Source of the DNA: a virus
Lineage: Duplodnaviria; Caudoviricetes
Length of the DNA: 64,000 bases
Direction: 5' to 3' (one strand)
Virus record (IMG/VR): IMGVR_UViG_3300042275_000327
Coordinates: 32,001-96,000 of that record
The notes beneath the pieces were generated by a model. It did no database searches. It saw only the letters and a program-made list of their open reading frames with translations, and was not told where the DNA came from. How positions within the stretch are numbered: position 1 is the stretch's first letter; every line of letters starts with the position of its first letter. Of the stretch, positions 39,550 through 48,777 are shown one piece after another. A program made the translations under genes and the position numbers.

Positions 39550-39705
39550 TTAATCCCTTACATATCCAACCAATTGATAGTCCCTACTGAAAAAATCCAA
39601 TGAGAATTCCTTTTGTAGCTGAAGCTGTCTCACCATTTGAACATCAATGACTACACCACTAGGAAGAAAAAGTTTTTTAGTGTTTAGAGTTCTAATTTCA
39701 CTCAT
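39550..39705 (-). CDS. 51-aa hypothetical protein below the ORF track cutoff
   Basis: MSEIRTLNTKKLFLPSGVVIDV...YVRD; ATGA overlap with upstream stop; exactly fills the gap. Confidence 0.6.
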   Translation of the reverse strand: MSEIRTLNTKKLFLPSGVVIDVQMVRQLQLQKEFSLDFFSRDYQLVGYVRD

Positions 39706-40319
39706 TTCAACACTCCTTTGTCAATCAGAACTTGGAGAGCTCTGATCATATGTTTATCAAGGAAAACAATTCCTTTTGGATTTGTTATCTTAGGAGGTCC
39801 GTTAGCAAAGTTTCTTCCAAAAAGAATTCCGTTTTGTTGGTAAACATAGGAAAGTCTGAAGAAAAAATCACCATTTAATCCTCTTCTTATATTAGACCCT
39901 TCAATGAATTTTCTATTTCTACCTTTTCCTTCCCAATGTCCTTTTCCTTTTTCAGAAAAATCCCACTTTGCATCAGCACCAGTTCTAAGCTTTATTCTGT
40001 CATCATCAATAGACAAAGAGTCCATTTGTATTGTAATATCATATTGGTGCTTATAAGTTCTTTGCTTTGTTATTGGTCGTCCTCTAACGTCTTTTCCTGT
40101 ATAATAAGGAGCATATTGAGGATAAGAAGAAGTTTGAATGATGAATTTAGTTCTATCTTGACCAAGATCTTTTGCATCATAAACTGAAATTTTCTTTATT
40201 GTAATAGATTTAAGAACGTCTCTTTCCTTGTTCTCAAATCGATTTCTCTTATGATGAAAGGTATTTTGAAGTAGTTTTCTGATTGTCCATCCTTCAGTGT
40301 TTCTAATTGATCTTGGCAT
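39702..40319 (-). CDS. Basic protein with degenerate SWIM-like motif
   Basis: GDFFFRLSY...ITNPKGIVFLDKH. Confidence 0.6.
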   Translation of the reverse strand: MPRSIRNTEGWTIRKLLQNTFHHKRNRFENKERDVLKSITIKKISVYDAKDLGQDRTKFIIQTSSYPQYAPYYTGKDVRGRPITKQRTYKHQYDITIQMDSLSIDDDRIKLRTGADAKWDFSEKGKGHWEGKGRNRKFIEGSNIRRGLNGDFFFRLSYVYQQNGILFGRNFANGPPKITNPKGIVFLDKHMIRALQVLIDKGVLK

Positions 40320-40357
40320 AAAAAAGTCCTCTTAATAAAATAGTTATCAAGAGGACT
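40320..40357 (-). terminator. Intrinsic terminator whose loop contains a late promoter motif
   Basis: AGTCCTCTT/AAGAGGACT stem plus T6; AACTATTTTATTA at 40333-40345. Confidence 0.65.
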
Positions 40358-40363
40358 AAAGGA

Positions 40364-42055
40364 TCAGATCATTAGCTTCGCCATAGAGACTAGAGCTGAA
40401 AGAGCAGGAGCTGGAATCGGAACTTTATCTGGATGTTGTTTAGCATTATCTAATAGTGTTTTGAAGTATATTTTATTTCCTATTAAATATTTTTCCATTT
40501 TTCCAGCAGGAGTATCTACAATAATACCACCATCATTAGTAAATCCAGAAACATGATCTCCAAAAATATGAGCTATGTGAGGAATCAAAATCTTTGAAAA
40601 CATCTTTGGAGGCATTTTAAATTCTTTCTTAGAGAGCTTTTCAAGCATCTTAGCTAGATCTAGAGTCATAACCCCCCAAATAGGAGAATTTCCAATCTCT
40701 CTTCTCATATCATGGAAAGCACCAATTATTTCTCTAGGATTTCCATATGTGGCATTTAGCTTATACATTCCGGATTTTTGCTTTCTAAGAGCTATTCCTC
40801 CAGTTGAGCTTCCAAAAAAGATCCATGAGTTAGCTCTTCCATCAAAATGTCCTCTATTCCATGAAGCTCCTGTTGCTTGTTTATATGAAAGTTCAAAAGT
40901 AGAAAATAAATCATCTTTTTCATTCTGTGTCAGAGAATTATAATAAAATGATTCATACATCTTAGTCAGAATATTCAACTGTATTTTACTCTCCTGTCTA
41001 CTTTGAAAAAAGTCAATAGGATCTTCTTTAGACATAATAGAGGTTCTATCATTAATATAGATTTCTCCTTTGTTCCAAGTTCCACCTCTCCAAGTCCCTC
41101 CCTTCCAAAGTCCATCTATCCAATAGCCAGAAAAAGTGCCTGAAAGAAAATTTCCATATTTCCAATTACCTGAAAGAAATTCACCTTTATGCCAAACACC
41201 AGATTCAAAAGTTCCTTGATTCCAGATATCTCCATACCAATGACCTTTTTTCCATGTTCCATCAATCCATTCAAAGGTTCCATCATCATGAATTTTAAAA
41301 GAAGCCTCTGACATCTTTGCTTGGAACAGCCATCTAAAATCTTTTTCTAATTTAGAAAGATCATAGTTATCAACTTCTATCCTAGTTACATCACCAGAAA
41401 ACTTATCAAGAGCAAATTCAGCAAGATTAGCTCGATTCAATACTTTATCAACTTTCTTTACAGGAAGCCATTCAGATATCAATTCACCTGTGCTAGAGTC
41501 TGTAAGAGCAAATTCATATGGAATAGCTGTTTCATGGCTGTAAAGAACAAGAACATTTCCATCATGATTTCCAGAAAAGACAATTCCTCTAACTCCTCTG
41601 ATCTGGCAGATTCCATTCTTAACATACTTTCTAACAAATTTATTCATTGCTACATCAGCAGAAAAAGTTGGAAGACTAAAAGTTTTTTCTAATTCATCAG
41701 ACCAATCATAGAGATCTCTAGGAATATCTAAAATGTCCCTATAGATTTTATAGTGTTTTATCAACTGTTCTCTTAAAGAGTATTCATTCCCAAAAACATC
41801 TTTTGCAACATTGTAGTCAAGAATCAATAAATTTTTAGGATTAATCTTACATTTAAGTAGACTATCTCCATAATGAGTCATTCTAGATCTTGTTTGAGAT
41901 GATAGATCATAGGTCAGATAAAAACCTTTTCCATAAGCATCTCCCCATCCTGGACGAAAACCTTCATCAATAATAGATTCGATATTTTCTTTTTTTGTTC
42001 TATGATAGGCAATATAAAAATTTTTTATTCTTGTTATGCTTTCTTCAATTCTCAT
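40364..42055 (-). CDS. Multidomain effector: H-Y-type ADP-ribosyltransferase, W-x-x-G repeats, C-terminal possibly GNAT-like domain
   Basis: AYHRT...GF...YGKGFYLT; WKKGHW/WNQGTF/WKGGTW repeats; leader MRIEE-S. Confidence 0.65.
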   Translation of the reverse strand: MRIEESITRIKNFYIAYHRTKKENIESIIDEGFRPGWGDAYGKGFYLTYDLSSQTRSRMTHYGDSLLKCKINPKNLLILDYNVAKDVFGNEYSLREQLIKHYKIYRDILDIPRDLYDWSDELEKTFSLPTFSADVAMNKFVRKYVKNGICQIRGVRGIVFSGNHDGNVLVLYSHETAIPYEFALTDSSTGELISEWLPVKKVDKVLNRANLAEFALDKFSGDVTRIEVDNYDLSKLEKDFRWLFQAKMSEASFKIHDDGTFEWIDGTWKKGHWYGDIWNQGTFESGVWHKGEFLSGNWKYGNFLSGTFSGYWIDGLWKGGTWRGGTWNKGEIYINDRTSIMSKEDPIDFFQSRQESKIQLNILTKMYESFYYNSLTQNEKDDLFSTFELSYKQATGASWNRGHFDGRANSWIFFGSSTGGIALRKQKSGMYKLNATYGNPREIIGAFHDMRREIGNSPIWGVMTLDLAKMLEKLSKKEFKMPPKMFSKILIPHIAHIFGDHVSGFTNDGGIIVDTPAGKMEKYLIGNKIYFKTLLDNAKQHPDKVPIPAPALSALVSMAKLMI

Positions 42056-43611
42056 TAGAACTTTTTCCTTTTGACTTCTCTACCATAGTCTTTCAAAAGT
42101 CTCATACTTCTTTCTTGCCACACACGATCTGGAGAGCCTGCTTGTCTAGCAGCATGGCAATAGGTAAGACAGAAATTGAAAGCACGATAGTCAATATCAT
42201 TTACTCCAGGCATGATTGCTTCCACAAAGTCATAAACATCTTTTCTCATTTGATCAGTAATTGAAGAGATATCCTTATAGAGATTAAAAAGATTCTCTTT
42301 AATGAGCTCCAGCATTTCTTCTTTAGTGAAGTTAATCTCATGCATTACTCCAGAAAGTCTACTTTTAATAGCTGAATCCATCTGAACCTTATTAGAAATA
42401 AAAATCAATTTAGAATCAAAATCAAAGGATTCGTCTACAACATTTTGAGATCCAAAAATTTTAACAGGCTGGTTGATTTCTACTCTTCTAACAGGCTTCA
42501 TGTCAAGAACTTTCTTTAGCAAATTCACATTATCTTCATTATCAAAAATAGAATCATTGTCATCAATAATTATTACTTCATTTGTTCTATATTCATAAAG
42601 AGCCCAAAGAACTCTTGAATAAGCAGAAAGTTTTTCATCAATAATTACTGGTTTTATTCCTTCTTCTTTTAGTACCTCTCTAATAGTCTGAGTTTTACCA
42701 GTTCCTGGTTTTCCATAAACTAAAAGTCCTGGAAGAAGCTTGTCACCTTGAGCAATTCTTCTTGTGTCATCTTCCAGAGTTTGCATAATCTGCTTTGGTG
42801 AGATATCCTGAACAGAATCCCAAATCTCTTGTAACTCTTTAGTAGGAAGAATAACCTCATTAGAAGATGCAGGAGAGACTGAAATCGAAGGAACAGTGCT
42901 AGGATTTACACCGAACTGCGGATTTTCTGAAACTGCTTGTTGAACATTCCATTGAAGAGCTCCAGCAGTAATTTTTCCTTTTCTTGAATTAAAGGTTACA
43001 CCAATATAATCTAAAAAAGGTCTTGTCATTTTATCATAATCAAATCTTGAACTTTGAATATCTTTCAGATAATTAGGATTATCAGTAAGCCACTGTGTGG
43101 CCATATCCTTTAATGAAAGTCTAGCTTCTTTTAAAGCAGTCTTCTTCACTTTTACAGACTCATCATATCTTTCAAACTCACCTGTGATATAATCAGCTAC
43201 TTGATCAATTACTTGAACAATATTGAACCCATTAAGATCCAGTCTTTCAGTAGGATAATCATCTGTATTTGAGTCATAAAAATCAATTGACTCAAGAAGA
43301 TCACTTTTTCCTTTTAGGAAATTAAGTCTAAATGCTCTGTTTGGAGAAATATAGCCAAAATAAGTATCATAGGTCTTCCCCTCAATTTTCATAGGAATAG
43401 CTATTGATGAAATACCAATTTTAAATCCTGTTCTTTTTGAAAGAATAGAGGCAATCTTATCAATCATCTTTGAAGCCATCCCTGCTCTAAATGCTGCTTC
43501 TTTTAATCTCTTTTTATAATCTTCATCAAATCTTTTTATAGAGATTAGATCAATCTTCTCTTTTACTTTTGGAAGATCTTTTTTAAATTTTGAAATATCA
43601 ACAATTTTCAT
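42055..43611 (-). CDS. AAA+ ATPase with N-terminal extra domain
   Basis: Walker A GKPGTGKT, Walker B IIIDDND, sensor FISN, arginine finger SAIKSR. Confidence 0.85.
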   Translation of the reverse strand: MKIVDISKFKKDLPKVKEKIDLISIKRFDEDYKKRLKEAAFRAGMASKMIDKIASILSKRTGFKIGISSIAIPMKIEGKTYDTYFGYISPNRAFRLNFLKGKSDLLESIDFYDSNTDDYPTERLDLNGFNIVQVIDQVADYITGEFERYDESVKVKKTALKEARLSLKDMATQWLTDNPNYLKDIQSSRFDYDKMTRPFLDYIGVTFNSRKGKITAGALQWNVQQAVSENPQFGVNPSTVPSISVSPASSNEVILPTKELQEIWDSVQDISPKQIMQTLEDDTRRIAQGDKLLPGLLVYGKPGTGKTQTIREVLKEEGIKPVIIDEKLSAYSRVLWALYEYRTNEVIIIDDNDSIFDNEDNVNLLKKVLDMKPVRRVEINQPVKIFGSQNVVDESFDFDSKLIFISNKVQMDSAIKSRLSGVMHEINFTKEEMLELIKENLFNLYKDISSITDQMRKDVYDFVEAIMPGVNDIDYRAFNFCLTYCHAARQAGSPDRVWQERSMRLLKDYGREVKRKKF

Positions 43612-43626
43612 TCTTTTTTATTCCTT

Positions 43627-44346
43627 TTAATTTCTCAATATTGTAACTTTGCTTATAGCTTTCCATTTTTCCATAACTTTATCTTCTAGATCCTGAGATC
43701 TAGATAAGAATTCAGAAGTATTAAATTCTACTCCTACATCAGAGTTTAGCTGACTTCGAAGCATAGCAAAACCTTTTAATACATTTGACTTGGCTAGATT
43801 GATGACATCTGTTTTTCTTATGAAAGGAACATCATCAAAGTTGTTTGAGAATTTAGCCCAAGTAATAATCAATTCTCCATTGATAGTAGTATATCCTGTC
43901 AGTTTCTTATTTACAGTATCTACATCAAGTCTCTTCACTCTGATAGAGTTATTCACTGTCTTATTGAAAGATCTTTCTAGATAGGAAGCATCTCTTACTC
44001 CATAGTCATTTCCAGTTCCATACATATTGTATCCAGAAGTGGTCTGTTTGAAGTAAAGAGAATTGATAAATGGAGAAGAAGTTCTTCCATCACTTGTTAT
44101 AGATGTATTTATTCTAGCATCTATTACACCATAAGTGTTTTCATCTGGAAAGTCAATTGAAAAATCAGAAGCTACAAAAGTAGACTGAATCTCTGTCTTT
44201 GGGAACCAAGTGAAAAATAGTCTAAGTGCTGGAAAAATGAAATAATCTTCTATCTGTTGTTTTGTAAATTCTAAATCGTCTTGCTGTAAAACAGGATATC
44301 CTATCTCAGTCAAAATCTCATAATAGTCCTGGTCTGATATTATCAT
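43627..44346 (-). CDS. Neck / head-tail adaptor (gp13-like)
   Basis: ILTEIGYPVL...QIED...AL..FF..FP N-terminal motif. Confidence 0.65.
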   Translation of the reverse strand: MIISDQDYYEILTEIGYPVLQQDDLEFTKQQIEDYFIFPALRLFFTWFPKTEIQSTFVASDFSIDFPDENTYGVIDARINTSITSDGRTSSPFINSLYFKQTTSGYNMYGTGNDYGVRDASYLERSFNKTVNNSIRVKRLDVDTVNKKLTGYTTINGELIITWAKFSNNFDDVPFIRKTDVINLAKSNVLKGFAMLRSQLNSDVGVEFNTSEFLSRSQDLEDKVMEKWKAISKVTILRN

Positions 44347-44359
44347 AGCTATTCCTCTA

Positions 44360-44372
44360 TAGTAAAATAGTT
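44360..44372 (-). promoter_or_regulatory. Late promoter motif copy
   Basis: Minus strand AACTATTTTACTA. Confidence 0.65.
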
Positions 44373-44375
44373 ATC

Positions 44376-45440
44376 TTACACAGAAAAATAGTTTTTATTA
44401 TAATCCTGAGACTCTATAAGTTCTGACTCATCTAACAAAAATTCTGTTGATTCTTTTGCTGTCTCTATAGCATTCTTAATTGTATCTAATGAATTTTCTG
44501 GAGATCCTGGATCACCATCTTCTAATCTAGCTATCCAATAAGGCTTTTCCATAAAATCATCAAATTCTTTTATCATCAATCTACCTGCAGAATCAGTGTC
44601 AGAAAAGATGATCACATGTTCAAATTCTTTTAGCTGTTCTTTCTGTCGAGGAGTAAGATTTATTCCAAATGTTGTTGTAATATTCTTAGTAATATTTTGC
44701 CATATCCTAGGCATATCCATGATTCCTTCCACAACAATCAAAGGTTCTTTCTTATTAAGATTATGATAATTGAATAAAGAAGAAACTGATCCACCTTTAG
44801 GATACAATACTTTTGGCTTTGCTCTCTTTGTGAAGTCTCTTCCCTCAATAGAAATCAGATCTGATCCTTCATAGATAGGAATGCAAATTCTATTTCTAAA
44901 TTTTGTAAACTCTAGATATGGATCTCTGAAAGAATCTTTGAAAGCTCTACAAATTTCAACACTAGTACAATAGCCTATCTCAAAAGTTTCTAGAAATTCT
45001 TCTGTTAGAAATCTCTCTTTTATATAGTCATTTGCTAATTGATTCTTTGAAAAATCATAAAGTATTTTTCCACCTCTGATTCTCAGTTCTTTCTCAAGAG
45101 ACTTTAGTTCTCTGACTTTCTCATCTTTAGAAAAATAGGTCTTATCAACGATTCCTTTTTTATCCATCTCAAGATATTTGATAAGAGAAGTTCCTGTGCA
45201 TCTATAAAAGAAATAAGAAAAAGAACCACTAGCATCTCCTCCAAAGTCTTTGCATACTAGAGAATTCTTATAGAGTACTGCTGATGGATTCTTGTCTTCT
45301 CTAAATGGAGAAGAGAATAAGAAATAAGATCCTTTATCTGTAATATTTTTTGCTCCACATTCTAAAAGAAGAGACTGGACTGGGGTAATCTGATTGATGA
45401 TGTCATAGGTCAGTGTTTTTTCTAATTCTCTATAATTCAT
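44376..45440 (-). CDS. DnaG-type DNA primase
   Basis: SPFREDKNPS...DFGG; FRNRICIPI; TOPRIM VVEGIMD and DTDSAG. Confidence 0.9.
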   Translation of the reverse strand: MNYRELEKTLTYDIINQITPVQSLLLECGAKNITDKGSYFLFSSPFREDKNPSAVLYKNSLVCKDFGGDASGSFSYFFYRCTGTSLIKYLEMDKKGIVDKTYFSKDEKVRELKSLEKELRIRGGKILYDFSKNQLANDYIKERFLTEEFLETFEIGYCTSVEICRAFKDSFRDPYLEFTKFRNRICIPIYEGSDLISIEGRDFTKRAKPKVLYPKGGSVSSLFNYHNLNKKEPLIVVEGIMDMPRIWQNITKNITTTFGINLTPRQKEQLKEFEHVIIFSDTDSAGRLMIKEFDDFMEKPYWIARLEDGDPGSPENSLDTIKNAIETAKESTEFLLDESELIESQDYNKNYFSV

Positions 45441-45445
45441 ATTAT

Positions 45446-45988
45446 CTAGTCTACAAAAACTGTAGTGCTATTTATTCCTATAATCTCATTATCATAAATA
45501 TTCACTTTGAATCCTTCTTTTGTCTCAAATCTTGTATATCTAGCTGAGGATTCTTTTAGAAGCTGATCTGAATAATTTTCTCTTACATATTTCAAAAGCA
45601 AATTCTGTACCTCTACAAAAACTCTGACATCAGAATCATATTTCTTATAATGAGGAACAGGACTATATCCAAGAACAGTAACAACAAAAGCATGATTCTT
45701 TCCATCATCATAGATTCTATCTCTTCTCCAGTCAATCACAAGTCCTAAACCAGAGCCTTTAGAATAGATGACATAGTGACCTTTTTCATCATTATAATTT
45801 TTCATTATCTGATGCATTGTCTGAGCAATCATTAATTTATGTTTGTCTACATAAGCTTTTCTATTAGGAAAAATCCCTTGAATTGCTTTTTCTCTTTCAT
45901 AAGATCTCTCTATAGCATGATCAGTATCAGTCATAAAACGATCTCTATATCTAGCAAATGGCTTGTTTTCTTTCAGTAGAATTCTCAT
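45446..45988 (-). CDS. Hypothetical protein, possible RelE/BECR-like RNase fold, probable internal head protein
   Basis: TDHAIERSYER...FVVTVL; likely start MRILLKE at 45988. Confidence 0.45.
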   Translation of the reverse strand: MRILLKENKPFARYRDRFMTDTDHAIERSYEREKAIQGIFPNRKAYVDKHKLMIAQTMHQIMKNYNDEKGHYVIYSKGSGLGLVIDWRRDRIYDDGKNHAFVVTVLGYSPVPHYKKYDSDVRVFVEVQNLLLKYVRENYSDQLLKESSARYTRFETKEGFKVNIYDNEIIGINSTTVFVD

Positions 45989-46173
45989 TATTCTTTTATT
46001 CTCCATATAGACAAAAATTCTTCAGCATTAGTAGAAAGATGATTTTTCCTGTTAACTGAAACTTGTATTCTTTCTACTTCTTCAAATTTTTCTCTTATTA
46101 AGAGTATACTCATATCTTCTAAAAATTTTCTAGATTTTTCTTCAAGTTCAGACCAAAGTATTTTCGTATACAA
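45988..46173 (-). CDS. Hypothetical protein (start uncertain)
   Basis: TAATG coupling at 3' end; TTG start lies in the terminator T-tract. Confidence 0.35.
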   Translation of the reverse strand: MYTKILWSELEEKSRKFLEDMSILLIREKFEEVERIQVSVNRKNHLSTNAEEFLSIWRIKE

Positions 46174-46202
46174 AAAAGTCCCTGAATTTTACTTCAGGGA
46201 CT
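46172..46202 (-). terminator. Intrinsic terminator after major capsid gene
   Basis: 10-bp stem AGTCCCTGAA/TTCAGGGACT followed by T tract. Confidence 0.8.
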
Positions 46203-46220
46203 AAAACTTTAGAGAAAAAC

Positions 46221-47642
46221 TTAGATGTTAGTAAGCTTGATTCTCTGGAGATAGTTAGGTTGAAGAACCTTAGCATCACCAAAGTAAGCAAGACCAGTTT
46301 CTTTATACATCTCTTTGAACTCAAGTGTCTGAGTCTGATAAAGTGGGATCAAACTGCCAAAACTCACGGATACGTCTTCCGGAACTAATTCGTTCTTATA
46401 GATAGCCATGATCTCATCATTAGGAACAATAGAAGCAGGAACCTTGTAAACATCGATTCCATCCAATGTACCTTCACGATAAGCACCAACTTTTGGCTGT
46501 CTGCTAGAAACATCAAACCGTCTGTGAAGCTTGATCTGAGTGATAGCTCCAGGTCCACCAACCAACTTAGTGACTCCGCCTCTCTGTAGAGAATTATAGA
46601 TCAAGTCAGAAGCTTGGTCAATAGCCTTGTTGAAAGCTGTCATACGATCAATCTCAGGCTCACCAACAGCACCCTGAACATTGAAAGTTACAGGAGCATG
46701 TCCCTTTGCACTCTGGTAAGCTAGACGAATAGCATGGAAGTCAAGAGACTTCTTGAACTCATCAGCAGCACCACGAATAAGAGCATCTTCTGCGTCAATA
46801 TTGAGAGTAGTGTTAACCAACACTTCAGTCATCTTAGACCAGCTGACATACAACGGCCAAGGTTTTACTCTGAACTGATAGTCTCTAAGTTGCAACTCAA
46901 CTGAACCAATATCAGTGTAGTTGTTAGAAACTTCAGAATCATAGTGGTATTCAAGAGAAATAAGTCCACCAGAAGCAGGAGCAGCTGTGAAAGTAACAGT
47001 GTATTCACCAGTGGTGTAGTTGATAGTGTTAGTCCCAGAGGAATTGAGAAGAGCACCAGAAAGATTTCCAGCACCATCATCAGTAGCAATAGGAACATCA
47101 TCAACTAACAGTCTTACAGTATAAGGTCTGATAGGAGCATTGAGCAAGGTGTTGTCAAAAGCAACAGTAGAACCATCACCAGTACCAACAGTGTCAACCT
47201 CAATTTCAGAACCATACCTAAAAGCAGGTGATTCATGCATAACACCACCAGCAGTAGCACCACGTTTTGAAGCCTGATAAACAGGAGACAAGTAGTAAAT
47301 ACTATCTCTTGCAGTTTCCATAGCCCATTCTAAGAACAAGTCACCACGTACACTATTAGGATATCCAAGACGAACAATTCTCATCACATTTTCAGGAGTA
47401 GTTGCAAAGCTGTTAGAGATCTGAGTCTCAGTCAACTTACCAAGGTGATTCTCCTGGTTCTCAAGAATAATAGAAAGAGCACGTGCTTTGTTGACGTCCT
47501 TTTCCATGATCTTATCCATGTTCTCGCCGATCCCAGTTTTCTTTGACCACTTCTCAAAGAGCCGATCAGCATTTTCATTTCTCTGAGAGAGCATTTCATC
47601 TCTTTGCTCTTTCAGGATTGCTTCACGCATTTCTTTACGCAT
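46221..47642 (-). CDS. Major capsid protein (gp23-like) with inserted beta-rich domain
   Basis: EKWS...IILENQE...LTE motif; biased high-expression codons; likely start MRKEMRE at 47642 after GAAGGA. Confidence 0.9.
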   Translation of the reverse strand: MRKEMREAILKEQRDEMLSQRNENADRLFEKWSKKTGIGENMDKIMEKDVNKARALSIILENQENHLGKLTETQISNSFATTPENVMRIVRLGYPNSVRGDLFLEWAMETARDSIYYLSPVYQASKRGATAGGVMHESPAFRYGSEIEVDTVGTGDGSTVAFDNTLLNAPIRPYTVRLLVDDVPIATDDGAGNLSGALLNSSGTNTINYTTGEYTVTFTAAPASGGLISLEYHYDSEVSNNYTDIGSVELQLRDYQFRVKPWPLYVSWSKMTEVLVNTTLNIDAEDALIRGAADEFKKSLDFHAIRLAYQSAKGHAPVTFNVQGAVGEPEIDRMTAFNKAIDQASDLIYNSLQRGGVTKLVGGPGAITQIKLHRRFDVSSRQPKVGAYREGTLDGIDVYKVPASIVPNDEIMAIYKNELVPEDVSVSFGSLIPLYQTQTLEFKEMYKETGLAYFGDAKVLQPNYLQRIKLTNI

Positions 47643-47774
47643 ATTAAAATTCCTTCTTTTTGTAAACAAGATTTTGAGGGAGGGAACTTTAGAGGTATAT
47701 CTCATAAAATCTGTTTTCATGAGAAGAACTTTCAATATTTCATCTTTCATTTATGAACAGAGAAATAAAAAATA

Positions 47775-47800
47775 TCCCTTACATATATAATAGTAAGGGA
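47775..47800 (-). promoter_or_regulatory. Capsid gene promoter motif variant inside an inverted repeat
   Basis: TCCCTTAC/GTAAGGGA arms around minus-strand TACTATTATATAT. Confidence 0.5.
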
Positions 47801-47828
47801 CAATTTAAAAACCTGTTTTTCACAAATT

Positions 47829-48680
47829 CTATACTATTCCGAATCCTGTTTTCTTTTTTAGATATAGAAAAGCCTTCTCTATCAGAGACTTAATATAAAT
47901 TCTATAAGCAAGCTCTGTCAATTCAGAAAAATTCACTCTTCTATTTCTATTAAAAGCTTTTTCTAAAGCTTCATCAAAATATATCTTTGGATTGAACTTT
48001 GATTCAAAAAACCATTTTTCAATATCATTAATCTTGGACACAGAGAAATCTTCTTCATTGTATTCTTCTGGATCAAAAGACATCTCTATGTCAAGAAGAT
48101 CAGGATCGTCAGATACAAGAATGTAGTCCCCACGAAGAATTCTTTCTTCTATTATCTTATATGCATTATACTGACAATCAGTTAGAACATAATTAGGAAG
48201 ACCAGACTCTGGCTTATATGACATCAGAGCTTTCTTTACTGCTTTCAGGTAATCAGTTTCACTTCGAAAAGTTTTTTCTTCTTTGTAGATAGAGATCTTG
48301 TCTCCTTTCTCAATTATGAAAATACCTTCTTTCTGTCTTACTGGAAAATCATCAGAAACAACTAGACTATCTATGGCATCAGAAATAATCTCTTCTGTCT
48401 CTTTTGTTCCTTCTTTTGCAGAGGAATATTCTTCAGGATCTATATCAAAAAGTAATCTTTGAAATTCATGAACATGAACCTTTTCTTCTTGAGAAGTGTG
48501 ACTGAAAAGCTTTCCAATAACAGAAGAATCTTTACCTAACAAATTCGCTATTCTATTATAAAGATTGATAGCACTTTGCTCTGCTGAAATTCCTATTCTA
48601 AGAAAATCTTCAGCAGTAGCGTTATCTAGATCTAACTCAGTTATGGCTTGTAAAACAGACTCATAAAGATTCTTTTTCAT
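47829..48680 (-). CDS. Ferritin/rubrerythrin-like domain protein with EKGDKI motif
   Basis: AEQSAINLY...EEKVHVHEF...IDPEE diiron-type helices; IIEKGDKISI. Confidence 0.7.
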   Translation of the reverse strand: MKKNLYESVLQAITELDLDNATAEDFLRIGISAEQSAINLYNRIANLLGKDSSVIGKLFSHTSQEEKVHVHEFQRLLFDIDPEEYSSAKEGTKETEEIISDAIDSLVVSDDFPVRQKEGIFIIEKGDKISIYKEEKTFRSETDYLKAVKKALMSYKPESGLPNYVLTDCQYNAYKIIEERILRGDYILVSDDPDLLDIEMSFDPEEYNEEDFSVSKINDIEKWFFESKFNPKIYFDEALEKAFNRNRRVNFSELTELAYRIYIKSLIEKAFLYLKKKTGFGIV

Positions 48681-48777
48681 TTTATTTCCTATACTTCATA
48701 AAGACATTTTTCATTGCTGATTTAGAATCATTCTCTCTTGTATATCTATTTTTCTCATGGTCTTTTTTATAGTCCTT

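Noticed and set aside
47643-47750. Longer N-terminus of the major capsid ORF
   Set aside because: No RBS at 47750; GAAGGA precedes the ATG at 47642; the region looks like a structured leader
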